A DNA stretch of 64,000 bases from Candidatus Doudnabacteria bacterium. Lineage in GTDB: Bacteria > Patescibacteriota > Doudnabacteria > UBA920. Below are positions 8,111 through 17,732 of this stretch, piece after piece. The translations under genes and the position numbers were made by a program. Every line of letters starts with the position of its first letter. Positions within the stretch are counted from its first letter, which is position 1. The notes under the pieces are model-generated. The model had not been told where the DNA came from and did not search any database. It saw only the letters and a list, made by a program, of their open reading frames with translations. The stretch lies in contig JAHFJJ010000002.1 of NCBI GenBank assembly GCA_023245895.1, forward strand, positions 3,348 to 67,347, given 5' to 3'.

Positions 8111-8722
8111 CTAGGTTCTTTGCTTTCTTGGATTAACTTTCAAAATTTCCTCTCTAAAATCCGCAATATCAAAATAGTGCGTGCAGGCCGGCGGCAGTTC
8201 TTTTGCCACATGGCCGGACCTGGAAAACGCAATAACAATTTTTCCCTGGCCTCTTAAAAATTTTGCCAGATATTCAAAATCACAATCGCCGGAAAATAAA
8301 ATAAAGGTATCAAAATTATCCAAGCTAAAAGTTGCGTCTACTGCTATCTCAACATCAAAATTTGCTTTGCGATGGGGCAGTTCAGGCGTATGGTCTTGGT
8401 ATTCTTTAAGTGGTTTGGTTTCTAGCTTAAATTTTAAACTTTTTTTGAGAAAATATAAAAATTTCGTGTGGGATTCGGTATTAAACGCGGCTGAATAAAA
8501 GCTAACTTTTTGGCAATCTCCGGAACTTTTAAAGAAAGTGTTGAATTTTTGATAATCTACATTCCATCGGAGCAGTCCTGACTCCATATGCTTTAGGCTG
8601 TCCGGAATATCTTTTGGATTTACCCACATATCCTGAACCGACCTTTCTAAGTTCGCGGCATCTATATAAACAACAACCCGGCCTTTAAGCACCTGTTTTA
8701 ATTTTTCTACGTAGGTGTTCAT
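8111..8722 (-). CDS. NYN-domain (LabA-like) protein
   Basis: Has VVVYIDAANL...FDVEIAVDA...FILFSGDCDF, the conserved Asp triad pattern of PIN-like NYN domains. Confidence 0.7.
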   Translation of the reverse strand: MNTYVEKLKQVLKGRVVVYIDAANLERSVQDMWVNPKDIPDSLKHMESGLLRWNVDYQKFNTFFKSSGDCQKVSFYSAAFNTESHTKFLYFLKKSLKFKLETKPLKEYQDHTPELPHRKANFDVEIAVDATFSLDNFDTFILFSGDCDFEYLAKFLRGQGKIVIAFSRSGHVAKELPPACTHYFDIADFREEILKVNPRKQRT

Positions 8723-8879
8723 AGTTTATTGCTTTTTTTGATGTTTCTTTGCTTGTTAATAAGCATTTTCGTGATGTAACGAAAATGCTTATTAGTAGAT
8801 GTCGCAAAGTTTATCAGCCATTTTAAGCACTTCTTTATAGTTTATTTTACTACTTTTTCTCCTTTTCTTCAATCAAAAT

Positions 8880-8907
8880 AAAAGACCCCAAACCGTTGGA
8901 GTCTTTT
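8880..8907 (-). terminator. terminator hairpin after the vWA gene (aaaagactccaacggtttggggtctttt then a T-rich run on the minus strand)
   Basis: Stem-loop with a downstream T-run on the minus strand. A second perfect palindrome (taataagcattttcgt...acgaaaatgcttatta) lies at 8767..8806. Confidence 0.55.
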
Positions 8908-8957
8908 ATCTGGGATGCCTATACAACCAAGTCCGCGCCTGTCTGATGGGCAATATT

Positions 8958-11075
8958 CTAAATTTGCCTTCGCTTATCAATCTCCTTTCGCAAAAAACCT
9001 AACGCGTAGGGCAGGGCAGTAGCCGGTTTATCTGTGGAAAATGCAAAAATATTCTTGTTTTTATCTTTCAAAGGTTCAATATAGGAAGCGGTTACGGCCT
9101 CGGCTTCTTCCTGGTCATCGCCGTATCCGATTATTAAAAAAATAACCTGGCCGTCTTCCTCAATTTGCTGCATAACCGGGGCTATGCCCTCGCGGTTGCC
9201 TTGGCCGTCCGTAAACATAATAATTATTTTGATGACGTTATCTTTATTCAAGGCTAAAGCTTCGTGGACTTGCTTAACCGCGGCCACTTCGTCAGTACCG
9301 CCGCCGACTTGCGATAAGCGGTCTACAATCTTAATTTCTTTTTCGTCGCTCAAACGCTCTTCCAGCTTACTGACGCGCTCCGCCGCGGTTGAGTATTTAG
9401 TTACGCCGACCTGGAAAGGCTGCTCTTCGTCCGGGATAAGCAGGTTTTCCGCTTCCAGGTCTTTTAAAACCAGTTTGAAACTCTCCACAATAATAACGCC
9501 CATATCGGTGGACTTTTCAATCTTTTCGCCAAACATGGACTCCGAGGTGTCGTAGAGCAGTTCAAGCTGGGTTTGCAAAAATTGCGGATTGCGCACGAGC
9601 CTCATTTTGGTATCGGGGTCAAGCTCGCCGGTTAAAATTGCGGCTACGTGCTCATATTCCAAGCCCGGCACAATTTCGCCTTCGCGCTTGAGGTATTCAA
9701 TTTTTTTGCGTCTGTCGTCTAAAAATATTTCTGCCAAAACCGCGGCAGTAGACATAATTTCCGAAGGGTATTTTTCTTTGGTCCGCTCCCAGCTTTCTAT
9801 AGATTCCTGGCGGACTTGCATGCCTTCGGCCAGGCCTCTTTGGCGGCGCGCGCGGTCTAAGTCCCGCAAGGCTTCTGCCCGCGCCGCAAGCGCGTCCGCG
9901 CCGCGGTCGTCCTTAGGCGGGGCTACTGGAACTTTAGGCCCCTCTTTGCCCAGTATGCCCTCCAGTTCTTTCATTGCCTCGCCAAACTTTTCCCCATCCT
10001 CTTTGGAAGGCGCCTGGCTGGCATATTCTTTAGCTGCTTCTTCCAGTTCTTTGAGCAACTGGTTTTTTAGTTCTTCAATTTCTGCTTTGGTCAAAGGCAC
10101 GTCCGAAGTATCCCTGCCGGGCTTACCCGGCTTGCCGCCTTTGCCTTTTTGCCCTTCGCCTTTTTGTTTTTGCCGCTCTTCTTTTCGCTTCTCCAGCTCG
10201 GCAGTCATCAGCTTAAGGTACTCCGGCAGCCAGACTTGCTCGTAAGCCTGCATTTTACGCTCTAGACTGCGTTTTTGTTCGCCCTCTTTGGCAAAATAGG
10301 TGTAAGCCTGCCAATCCATGGTTGTGGACAGGGCTCGGCTGTCAATAATCCTGCGGAACGATTTATACACATCATCATCCAATTTTTTTCCAACCTCGGG
10401 GTCTTCATTAAAACGGTGCCTTAAAATAGACTGCAAAAGCTGTTGGGGTTTGGAATAATTTTTATATGTCTCCGGCGGCTTGTCCTCGGTATTAAGCGCG
10501 CGCACCGCGTTGCGGATTATAGTATAAGGCCGCCTGCCGGCAAAGGACTCCAGCCAAACATCAGCCACGGCATTATTGACATTGCCGTGAACCGCCCCTA
10601 AAAAGCGCTGTTCAGCGTTTGCGTCCCCTCTATATGCCTCGGGTATGGGCACATGTTTTAGGTTGCCAAGTAGCCTGTCCTGCAGTTCAGTAACTTCCGG
10701 AGCGTGGTGGAAAGCTTCGTGGTAAAAAAATCCTTTAGCCTCTGCTGGCTGCCAGGGCTCTACTCCAAATTCAGGCGCGCCGGTCGCGTGGATGGGATTA
10801 TAATAAATGGTTTTAGTGTTCAAGTTCGTATAACCGGACTTTAACACGCCTGTCTGGCGGAATTCCTGTTCAAGCGCCGGGTCCGGCCGGAACGAAAACC
10901 CGCCCGAAGCGCTGGAAAGCATTTTTAAATGCTCCGGGCTAATGACCTTTTCCATTTCCAAAGGCGGCCGTCCCGGTTTTTTTTCGCCCTTCCCATCCGG
11001 CGCGTCTGGAGGAAGCGGCGGTTGGTTTTGGCCCATTTCGTATTGTGCTGATTGCTTTTCGGATTTTTCGCTCAT
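8958..11075 (-). CDS. vWA-domain protein with an N-terminal HExxH (putative metallopeptidase) region, the MoxR-partner type
   Basis: 705 aa. N-terminal FFYHEAFHH holds the HExxH motif. The C-terminal vWA has the MIDAS motifs DTSES (DxSxS), GGGTD and FTDGQGN. A central Lys/Glu-rich low-complexity linker contains GKPGKPG. Confidence 0.8.
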   Translation of the reverse strand: MSEKSEKQSAQYEMGQNQPPLPPDAPDGKGEKKPGRPPLEMEKVISPEHLKMLSSASGGFSFRPDPALEQEFRQTGVLKSGYTNLNTKTIYYNPIHATGAPEFGVEPWQPAEAKGFFYHEAFHHAPEVTELQDRLLGNLKHVPIPEAYRGDANAEQRFLGAVHGNVNNAVADVWLESFAGRRPYTIIRNAVRALNTEDKPPETYKNYSKPQQLLQSILRHRFNEDPEVGKKLDDDVYKSFRRIIDSRALSTTMDWQAYTYFAKEGEQKRSLERKMQAYEQVWLPEYLKLMTAELEKRKEERQKQKGEGQKGKGGKPGKPGRDTSDVPLTKAEIEELKNQLLKELEEAAKEYASQAPSKEDGEKFGEAMKELEGILGKEGPKVPVAPPKDDRGADALAARAEALRDLDRARRQRGLAEGMQVRQESIESWERTKEKYPSEIMSTAAVLAEIFLDDRRKKIEYLKREGEIVPGLEYEHVAAILTGELDPDTKMRLVRNPQFLQTQLELLYDTSESMFGEKIEKSTDMGVIIVESFKLVLKDLEAENLLIPDEEQPFQVGVTKYSTAAERVSKLEERLSDEKEIKIVDRLSQVGGGTDEVAAVKQVHEALALNKDNVIKIIIMFTDGQGNREGIAPVMQQIEEDGQVIFLIIGYGDDQEEAEAVTASYIEPLKDKNKNIFAFSTDKPATALPYALGFLRKEIDKRRQI

Positions 11076-11140
11076 ATGCTATTATACTTAAATTTTTTAA
11101 TTTTCGGTACTTCGTTAAGTTTACTATGTATATCTCATTT

Positions 11141-11947
11141 TTAAAACTTTTTTGATTCAGGGATTTTAGAAGCGGCAATGCCTTGGTCTCGTTCTGGCAT
11201 TACCAATTCCAAACCCTCATCACCTATTTTAATTTCTTGAGCGGCTAAAATTTTCAAGCTCCTTGCAAGTTTAATAAAATTAAACCAATCATCAGCGTCT
11301 CTATATTCCCCAAGTTTCCTCTTCATTTTTTTCCAGGTTTTTTGGTCCGGTTGACAGTCAATTGGTACGCTTAAAAGTTTAATACGCGCCGCGAATTCAA
11401 CATACTCTTCCAGGTTCGAGGTTCGCTTTTCTTCCAATTCCATTTTCATGCCTTCAATCACCCGCTTATCTATACCCAGTTCCGCATCGGGTTTGAACAA
11501 CTTTAAACTCCCCGCCTCATAAGCAAAGTTCCAAAATTTATTGGCTGAACGAAGCGCCTGATTTTTGGACCTTTTTATGCTTCTTACTCCTGCGGCTACG
11601 GCTTTTTTTATAATCTCCTGGTCTGCGCTTATTTTAAGCACCCTTAAACAAGCTAAAAAACCTACATTTTCATAGGAACCGAAATCGGTGGTGGATTTTT
11701 GTTTTAACATTGCTTCTAATCCCCGGCGCCAGCTGTCGGTTAATTGGAATTTAATATTGGGATCCAGAATTTTTAAACTTAGCATATGATCTACGCTACC
11801 TGAGCTTTGGGAAAATGATTGCATTGCCCGCCAGTCTTCCTGCGTGACTTCAGTAGCGGTGTCAAAAGTTCCCGCAGGCCTTTCCTGCTCAACGCTGAAA
11901 TTTTTTATATTCAGTTCTTCCGCCGGAATTCGCGTTTCAATAGCCAT
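11141..11947 (-). CDS. tandem-array paralog 13 (most distal) of the 'M-A/S-I-E-x-R-I ... K-x-F' family
   Basis: 268 aa. Starts MAIETRIPAEELNIKNF and ends KIPESKKF. Confidence 0.8.
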   Translation of the reverse strand: MAIETRIPAEELNIKNFSVEQERPAGTFDTATEVTQEDWRAMQSFSQSSGSVDHMLSLKILDPNIKFQLTDSWRRGLEAMLKQKSTTDFGSYENVGFLACLRVLKISADQEIIKKAVAAGVRSIKRSKNQALRSANKFWNFAYEAGSLKLFKPDAELGIDKRVIEGMKMELEEKRTSNLEEYVEFAARIKLLSVPIDCQPDQKTWKKMKRKLGEYRDADDWFNFIKLARSLKILAAQEIKIGDEGLELVMPERDQGIAASKIPESKKF

Positions 11948-11951
11948 AAAA

Positions 11952-12815
11952 TTAAAACTTTTTTACTTCGGGCAGATCTTGGGTTTTAGCCCCAACTTTA
12001 GGCTCAGGCATTTTTATTTTTAAACCCGCTTCCGTAACCCTAACCTCCTCGGCCGCAAGAATACCTGCATCGGCAATAAGCACAACAGCCTCTCTTATAT
12101 TCCCGTCGCGCAGGTAATCGCTGATTGTCGTTCTAATCCCATCCCAGGCTTTGGCCGTTACCCTTATTTCTTTTAGTACATCGGGCGCGCCGACTTTTAA
12201 CAGCATTGCGTAATTAGTAAAATTAGCCCACTCCTCCGCCTGGCCGTAATCTTTTACAGACTGCACCATTTCCAAATCCGGGTCAAGGACTTCTTCCCGC
12301 AGGTCCAAAGGCATTTTATTTGGGTACAGTACTTTTAGCGCAATTTGTGTTTCAATTTGGTTCGCCGATGTGTCGAGGCTATTTTCTTTAGCCATTTCCC
12401 ATAAACCTTCGCCGTCTATGCCGTATTGGGAAAATTTGTCAGGCGCAAAAATTTTCAGGACAGCCGCATCCTGAACCGCATAGCCCAGTACGTCGACGTC
12501 GCATAATTCCCCATCGTCCACAAATCTAGCATAATTCTTCCAAAATTGTTTTTCCACAATTTCCTGGCATTTTTCGGCTACTTCTTTAATTTTTTCCGGG
12601 TTCATTTGCAGTAAAACGGTTAAAGCCCAGGCGGGGTAGTCTTCTGTTTCAGCATATTTTGAAGAATTATATTTTTCCAAATAATCTTTAATTTGCTTCC
12701 ACTCCTCTTCTTTGACATCGCGGATCGGATCAAATTCAACAGCCATCTCCAGCCTGTCAATGCTAAAATCCCTAATATTGAGTTCTTGGGTATTGATTCT
12801 TTCTCCGATGGCCAT
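11952..12815 (-). CDS. tandem-array paralog 12
   Basis: True start MAIGERINTQELNIRDF (ATG at 12813-12815); the ORF track extends it to 12944. Ends PEVKKF. Confidence 0.8.
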   Translation of the reverse strand: MAIGERINTQELNIRDFSIDRLEMAVEFDPIRDVKEEEWKQIKDYLEKYNSSKYAETEDYPAWALTVLLQMNPEKIKEVAEKCQEIVEKQFWKNYARFVDDGELCDVDVLGYAVQDAAVLKIFAPDKFSQYGIDGEGLWEMAKENSLDTSANQIETQIALKVLYPNKMPLDLREEVLDPDLEMVQSVKDYGQAEEWANFTNYAMLLKVGAPDVLKEIRVTAKAWDGIRTTISDYLRDGNIREAVVLIADAGILAAEEVRVTEAGLKIKMPEPKVGAKTQDLPEVKKF

Positions 12816-12816
12816 A

Positions 12817-13659
12817 TTAAAAATTTTTAGTTTTAGGAACCGGGGGCGTTTCCAGGATTTTTGGTTTTGGCTTGCTTTGCAGGTGGAGTCCCGATTGGTT
12901 AATTTCAATTTGGTCTGCTGAAATAATCGCAAGTTCACACGCAAAATCCAACTGGTCTTCAGGCGGCATGCTATGAAACTTTGTTTTTATTTCTATCCAC
13001 TCGGTTTCGTCCACAGCCTGTAAGTCAAACTTGCCAGGCAAAATAACGCGCAGGACGGCCAGTTGGCTTACCAAACTCCGCCAGGACTTTTTAGAGCGGC
13101 TTAATTTAATTGAACCTTGCAACTCCGGCAAAAAGTCTTTGGCTAATTTTAGCTTGTTGTTAGGCGTTAGGATTTTTAGGTTTTTATAGACTTCCTGGGT
13201 CAGACTGCCTGAGCCGACGCCTGCACAAAATTCAATTGCTTTATTTCTCGCGGCTAGTGGCAGTAAAAAATCCGGCATAATTTTTTTAATGGAGTATGCC
13301 GCGCGGATGAGCGTATCGGTGGTAGCGGCAGTCTCCCCGTTGGAATTTTTTTCAACCAGATATTCCCAGGTTTTTTCCAGCCCTTCTCTTAATTTCGTCA
13401 TTTGACCAGAGGACAGCCTTTTTAAAGTTTCCGCCTTCAAGAAACATAAATTGCCTAAGTTTTTTAGACGGTGGGGAACAACACTGCCTGAGGCAAGCCA
13501 GGGTAAATCTTCGGCAGCTAAATTTTCAAAAACTTTCCACTCCCGCTCGTAAATATCTTTTTTCGGGTCAAAGCCCGCGGTGTTGCCGGCTTGCTCTCTC
13601 TCGATGCTCAAACCTTTAATATTTAATTCTTCCCTAGGAATTCTATATTCAATAGGCAT
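12817..13659 (-). CDS. tandem-array paralog 11
   Basis: Starts MPIEYRIPREELNIKGL and ends PVPKTKNF. Confidence 0.8.
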   Translation of the reverse strand: MPIEYRIPREELNIKGLSIEREQAGNTAGFDPKKDIYEREWKVFENLAAEDLPWLASGSVVPHRLKNLGNLCFLKAETLKRLSSGQMTKLREGLEKTWEYLVEKNSNGETAATTDTLIRAAYSIKKIMPDFLLPLAARNKAIEFCAGVGSGSLTQEVYKNLKILTPNNKLKLAKDFLPELQGSIKLSRSKKSWRSLVSQLAVLRVILPGKFDLQAVDETEWIEIKTKFHSMPPEDQLDFACELAIISADQIEINQSGLHLQSKPKPKILETPPVPKTKNF

Positions 13660-13661
13660 AT

Positions 13662-14447
13662 TTAAAAGTTTTTAGTTTGCGGGACAGGTTGCGTGCTGGT
13701 GAGCGGCACTTGTTCTTCCGCCATAACCAATTCCAGCCCCTTGTCTGTAATTTTTACTTCTTTGGCGGCTAAAATTGACATGCTATAGGCAAGCATAAGG
13801 CTGTCAAGGTCCGTTTGGACTGTTTTTTGGAGGGTTGTTTTCATTGCTTTCCAGTCAGCTTTGCTTATTGCAGTCTTGGCAAATTCTTCCGGAAACAAAA
13901 TTTTTTCCCTGGCCGAGTAGGAAGCAAATAACCTGGGGGCGTGTAATTGTTTATCGGGCTCAAATTTCATATGCTGGAGCCACATACCGGCCTTTTCCGG
14001 AAACAGGATTTTCATATTTTTTGCCATTTCCCTGTAAGTTTGGTCCTTTTTAGCCAATCTTGTGTCGTGAAGCTTTTGAATAATCTTGCCTAAATAATTG
14101 TCCAGGTTTTTTGATTTAACCACTTCCGGCCATAATTGTTTAATGGTAGCGCCCAGTGAGGCAACGTCATACCATTGGTTTCGTCTTATGGCCTCGGAAA
14201 GGTCGCGGTCAGCCGCGTTTTTTTCTTGTTCCTGCGCGGGCAAAGCGCCGGGCTGCATGGTCCTAAGTCGGGCCAAGTAAGTATAGCCGCCTCTAGAAAG
14301 ACCATTAATAGCCAATTTAATTTTCCGCCATTGTTGCGGACTCAAATCCCGCGCGGGGTTAAACACCGCCCGGGTTTCCGCCCTATGCTCGGTGTGGAAG
14401 CTTTTAATATTCAAGTCTTGTTGTGGAATTCGTTGTTCTAAGGACAT
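13662..14447 (-). CDS. tandem-array paralog 10
   Basis: True start MSLEQRIPQQDLNIKSF; ends PVPQTKNF. Confidence 0.8.
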   Translation of the reverse strand: MSLEQRIPQQDLNIKSFHTEHRAETRAVFNPARDLSPQQWRKIKLAINGLSRGGYTYLARLRTMQPGALPAQEQEKNAADRDLSEAIRRNQWYDVASLGATIKQLWPEVVKSKNLDNYLGKIIQKLHDTRLAKKDQTYREMAKNMKILFPEKAGMWLQHMKFEPDKQLHAPRLFASYSAREKILFPEEFAKTAISKADWKAMKTTLQKTVQTDLDSLMLAYSMSILAAKEVKITDKGLELVMAEEQVPLTSTQPVPQTKNF

Positions 14448-14448
14448 A

Positions 14449-15279
14449 TTAGAAGTTTTTAATTTGGGGGATTTCTGGAGCTTTTTGCATAGTATTTTTT
14501 TCAGGCATAACAATTTCCAGGCCGTTGTCGCCAATTTTTGCTTCTTTGGCGCCAAGAATGGTCATTTCTTTTAATTTATAGCACGTGTAATAAAAGTCCC
14601 CATGAATAAGGCTGGATTCAACTGACTGCTTAAAATTTTTTTTCATCTCTTTCCAGTCGCCTGGGCCTATAACCAAGGCGTCCGGATAGCTCATTTTTAA
14701 GCTGGCGGCATCATTCCTAATAAGCTCCCAATATTTTTCCCGCTTTGCCTTTTGTGTTTTAAAATCAGCTAATATAATGTCTTTTGGTACCATATATTCT
14801 GGAGTAACTTCATCCGGAAATAGGATTTTCAAATAACAGTAAGTACGGGGAGAAAAGTTGTTTCTGATAGGGTTTAATTTTATTTTTTGCCATAAAGGGG
14901 CTAGTTTGGCTGTTAGGTTTTCAGCAGCAAAAGTTTCGGGGTCCAGCCTCTTGAGTTCAGCGGCGTCGACAAAAGGGTCGGTAATACTTTGCCCGGGCTC
15001 TTCTGCCTTTAGCAAGTCTTTTGTAAATTTTGATATTATCCTTTGCCTGCAAACTTCAGCCATATCCGGGAACAGTTCAGGATTAATCCCTTTTAAGAAT
15101 GTTAAAGTTCCTATTGGCAGTGCTTGGCTGTCGGCTGTTAAAATAAACTCTCTTAACGCCTTCCATTGCTCGGGAGTAACCTCTTCCATGGGATTAAACT
15201 CGATATTTACTCCCCGCTGTTCCAGGCTGAACTCCCTGATATTCAGTTGTTCGGTATTTATCCGTTGGTCTAAGGACAT
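14449..15279 (-). CDS. tandem-array paralog 9
   Basis: True start MSLDQRINTEQLNIREF; ends PEIPQIKNF. Confidence 0.8.
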   Translation of the reverse strand: MSLDQRINTEQLNIREFSLEQRGVNIEFNPMEEVTPEQWKALREFILTADSQALPIGTLTFLKGINPELFPDMAEVCRQRIISKFTKDLLKAEEPGQSITDPFVDAAELKRLDPETFAAENLTAKLAPLWQKIKLNPIRNNFSPRTYCYLKILFPDEVTPEYMVPKDIILADFKTQKAKREKYWELIRNDAASLKMSYPDALVIGPGDWKEMKKNFKQSVESSLIHGDFYYTCYKLKEMTILGAKEAKIGDNGLEIVMPEKNTMQKAPEIPQIKNF

Positions 15280-15280
15280 A

Positions 15281-16093
15281 TTAAAAATTTTTAATTTTTG
15301 GCAGGGTTGATTTAGTTTCGGCTTCAAAAGCCGCGGGTCGGGTTATTTCCAAACCATTTTCGGTAATCTCTATTGCAGGGGCTGTGGCAATAAGCAAGTT
15401 AAAGGCATCTCCCACAAGTTCAGAAGGATGAGTTTTGTTTTTCTTTAGGTGTTTTTTCATTGCTTGGACAAATTCTGGCCCAAGCTCGGGCTTAAACCAA
15501 GGGTCAATAGTTCTAATACAGGCGCCATATTTAAAAATATCTGAAACCGAGGAGCCTGGCCTGGCTTTTAGAGCATCAAAGTCTTCCTTAAAAATTACAT
15601 CCGGCCCCGCATCTAAGTTGGGCAGGAAAATATAATCGTTTAATTGCAAACCGGTTATTTTCATATCGGCAAAAACTTGCATACTGTAGAAAGGGGCGTC
15701 GCTTTTCAGAAATTTATCTATTGAGTTAACTTCTTTCGCCGTAAAATTAAATTCATAGTTTATTGGCTTTAAAATTTTTAGTGCCGCTAGCGTATCGAAA
15801 AATTGATCCCAATGCTCTAACATCCTGCTTTCTCTCACTACCGCCATAGTTCTCTCTTCCCATTCAGGGTCGAAGTTAATTGCGATTGCCGGATTTAAGA
15901 GCTTTATTTTAGAAGCAATCCGGGCGGAGTCATCGGGCTTAAATTCTTTATTTTCCTCCATTACCTGCAAAAGATCGTCCCACTGCTCAGCACTAATATC
16001 CCGCTCTGGGTCAAAGCTCTCGTTATTCCACTCCTGAAAATTAAAGTCTTTAATATTTAGTTGTTCGGTATTTATTCGTTTGTCTAAGGACAT
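15281..16093 (-). CDS. tandem-array paralog 8
   Basis: Starts MSLDKRINTEQLNIKDF and ends LPKIKNF. Confidence 0.8.
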   Translation of the reverse strand: MSLDKRINTEQLNIKDFNFQEWNNESFDPERDISAEQWDDLLQVMEENKEFKPDDSARIASKIKLLNPAIAINFDPEWEERTMAVVRESRMLEHWDQFFDTLAALKILKPINYEFNFTAKEVNSIDKFLKSDAPFYSMQVFADMKITGLQLNDYIFLPNLDAGPDVIFKEDFDALKARPGSSVSDIFKYGACIRTIDPWFKPELGPEFVQAMKKHLKKNKTHPSELVGDAFNLLIATAPAIEITENGLEITRPAAFEAETKSTLPKIKNF

Positions 16094-16094
16094 A

Positions 16095-16886
16095 TTAAAA
16101 AGTTTTAAATTGCGGGAGAGCGCCGGCAGGCTCAGCCAGCTCGCCCGAGGAAATGGTTAATTCCAGGCCATTGTCTGTTATTTTTATTTCCTCGGCCGAA
16201 ATTATGCCCATATAGTAGGCCAGTTTAATGGCCCTTAAATAATCACGGCTGTTTTGGCGCTTTTCAAAAAGAATTTGGAATTCGTATTTCATTTTTTTCC
16301 AGTTTTCTTTGGACACAGGGGCTTTTTTAAATTTTTCCGGCGCGACAATTTTTTGGCTGGCCTTAAAGCCGGCGTAGGTTTCGGCAAATTGGTATTCAGG
16401 TTCGGTATTAAGCTCTGGAATTTTAAATTTTTCTGCTTTGTCCGGAAACAGTATGGTTAATTCCCTGGCCATTTGTATCCTATTGACTTCGCCAAACTTT
16501 CCTTCCAAAGCCAGCGCCAGTTGGTCCAAATCACCTTCAAGGCCTATGGCTTTAAACTCTTTTGGATAAAGCTGCTTCATCGCAAGCGCTATTTTTGGCA
16601 CTGCCCGCCAGTTGTCTTTGGCCATCAAAGCCTCTAGTTCGTCGCTAACAACCGACTTGGTGGAAGGCTTGTCTACTATTTTGTATAAACAGCCCGGCCT
16701 TATAGTCCTTAGTTCCGCCAAAGCCGTCCAGGACAAATGGGTATTCATAAAACTTTCAATAATTTTCCATTGCTCGGGCGTAATATCCCTGTTTAAATTA
16801 AACTCCTGGGGTGCCTCCTGGACGCCAAGGTTTAGGTCCTTTATATTTAAATCTTCTGAATCTAATACGCGGTTTTCAATAGCCAT
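16095..16886 (-). CDS. tandem-array paralog 7
   Basis: Starts MAIENRVLDSEDLNIKDL and ends ALPQFKTF. Internal repeats include AMKQLYPKEF and LTILFPDKAEKF. Confidence 0.8.
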   Translation of the reverse strand: MAIENRVLDSEDLNIKDLNLGVQEAPQEFNLNRDITPEQWKIIESFMNTHLSWTALAELRTIRPGCLYKIVDKPSTKSVVSDELEALMAKDNWRAVPKIALAMKQLYPKEFKAIGLEGDLDQLALALEGKFGEVNRIQMARELTILFPDKAEKFKIPELNTEPEYQFAETYAGFKASQKIVAPEKFKKAPVSKENWKKMKYEFQILFEKRQNSRDYLRAIKLAYYMGIISAEEIKITDNGLELTISSGELAEPAGALPQFKTF

Positions 16887-16888
16887 AG

Positions 16889-17731
16889 TTAGAAATTTTT
16901 AATTTTCGGAATTGCCGGCGTTGCCTGGCTTATTTGGGCGTTGTTTGACAGCTCCATGCCGTGGTTTGTAAATTTCACCTCTTTGGCCGCCATAGTAGCC
17001 AGCCATTCGGCTAAGTTTATATACTGTAAACAGTCATGGCCGCTTTGGCAATTGTCTAATTTTTCAAAAAGTTGGGTTTTCATAGCTTCCCAGTTTTTTG
17101 CGGTAATTTTTACTTTCGCGAATTCTTCCGGAAACAAAATTTTCAACAGGGCCGCGCTTTTGCAAAACATATACCAATTGCCGCCTTTATTTTGCGCCAT
17201 ATCTTGTTTCAATAGCGAAACGTCGTTGTCCTTCAACAGGTCTTTTTCTTGGCCAGGGAAAAGAATTTTAAAATAAAGAACGTTGTCTAAATCTACTGTA
17301 CCCCGGCCTGTTATTTTAGGCTTCCTTAAGGCTTCGGCCATTCGTTCGCGATATTGCTCGGCCAATGCTTGCGAAAACCTTTCCGGAAATAAGGTTTTCA
17401 TTTCGGCAAAATTACCAAGCAAATTATCATAGCCCATTTCTCCCCGCTCGCAATGGCGTAAAATGGTTTTGGCGAATTTATCCATCTTCTGCCATTTTTT
17501 ATTGTCAGATTTTTCAAATAGTCTTTTTGGTTCAATCACCTGCAAACTTGCCAAATAAAGGTCAACATTTTCTTTTCGCGCAGACCGTTCCATTTTATCC
17601 CATTGCGCTTTGCTCAAATCCCTTACCGGATCAAAAGGTACATCCTTAGAAGACTCCGCCGAGGGCAACTGCTCCAGGTTTAACGAGCTAATATTCAATT
17701 CTGCCGGGTTAACCCGCTGTTCTATGGACAT
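16889..17731 (-). CDS. tandem-array paralog 6
   Basis: True start MSIEQRVNPAELNISSL; ends PAIPKIKNF. Confidence 0.8.
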   Translation of the reverse strand: MSIEQRVNPAELNISSLNLEQLPSAESSKDVPFDPVRDLSKAQWDKMERSARKENVDLYLASLQVIEPKRLFEKSDNKKWQKMDKFAKTILRHCERGEMGYDNLLGNFAEMKTLFPERFSQALAEQYRERMAEALRKPKITGRGTVDLDNVLYFKILFPGQEKDLLKDNDVSLLKQDMAQNKGGNWYMFCKSAALLKILFPEEFAKVKITAKNWEAMKTQLFEKLDNCQSGHDCLQYINLAEWLATMAAKEVKFTNHGMELSNNAQISQATPAIPKIKNF

Positions 17732-17732
17732 A

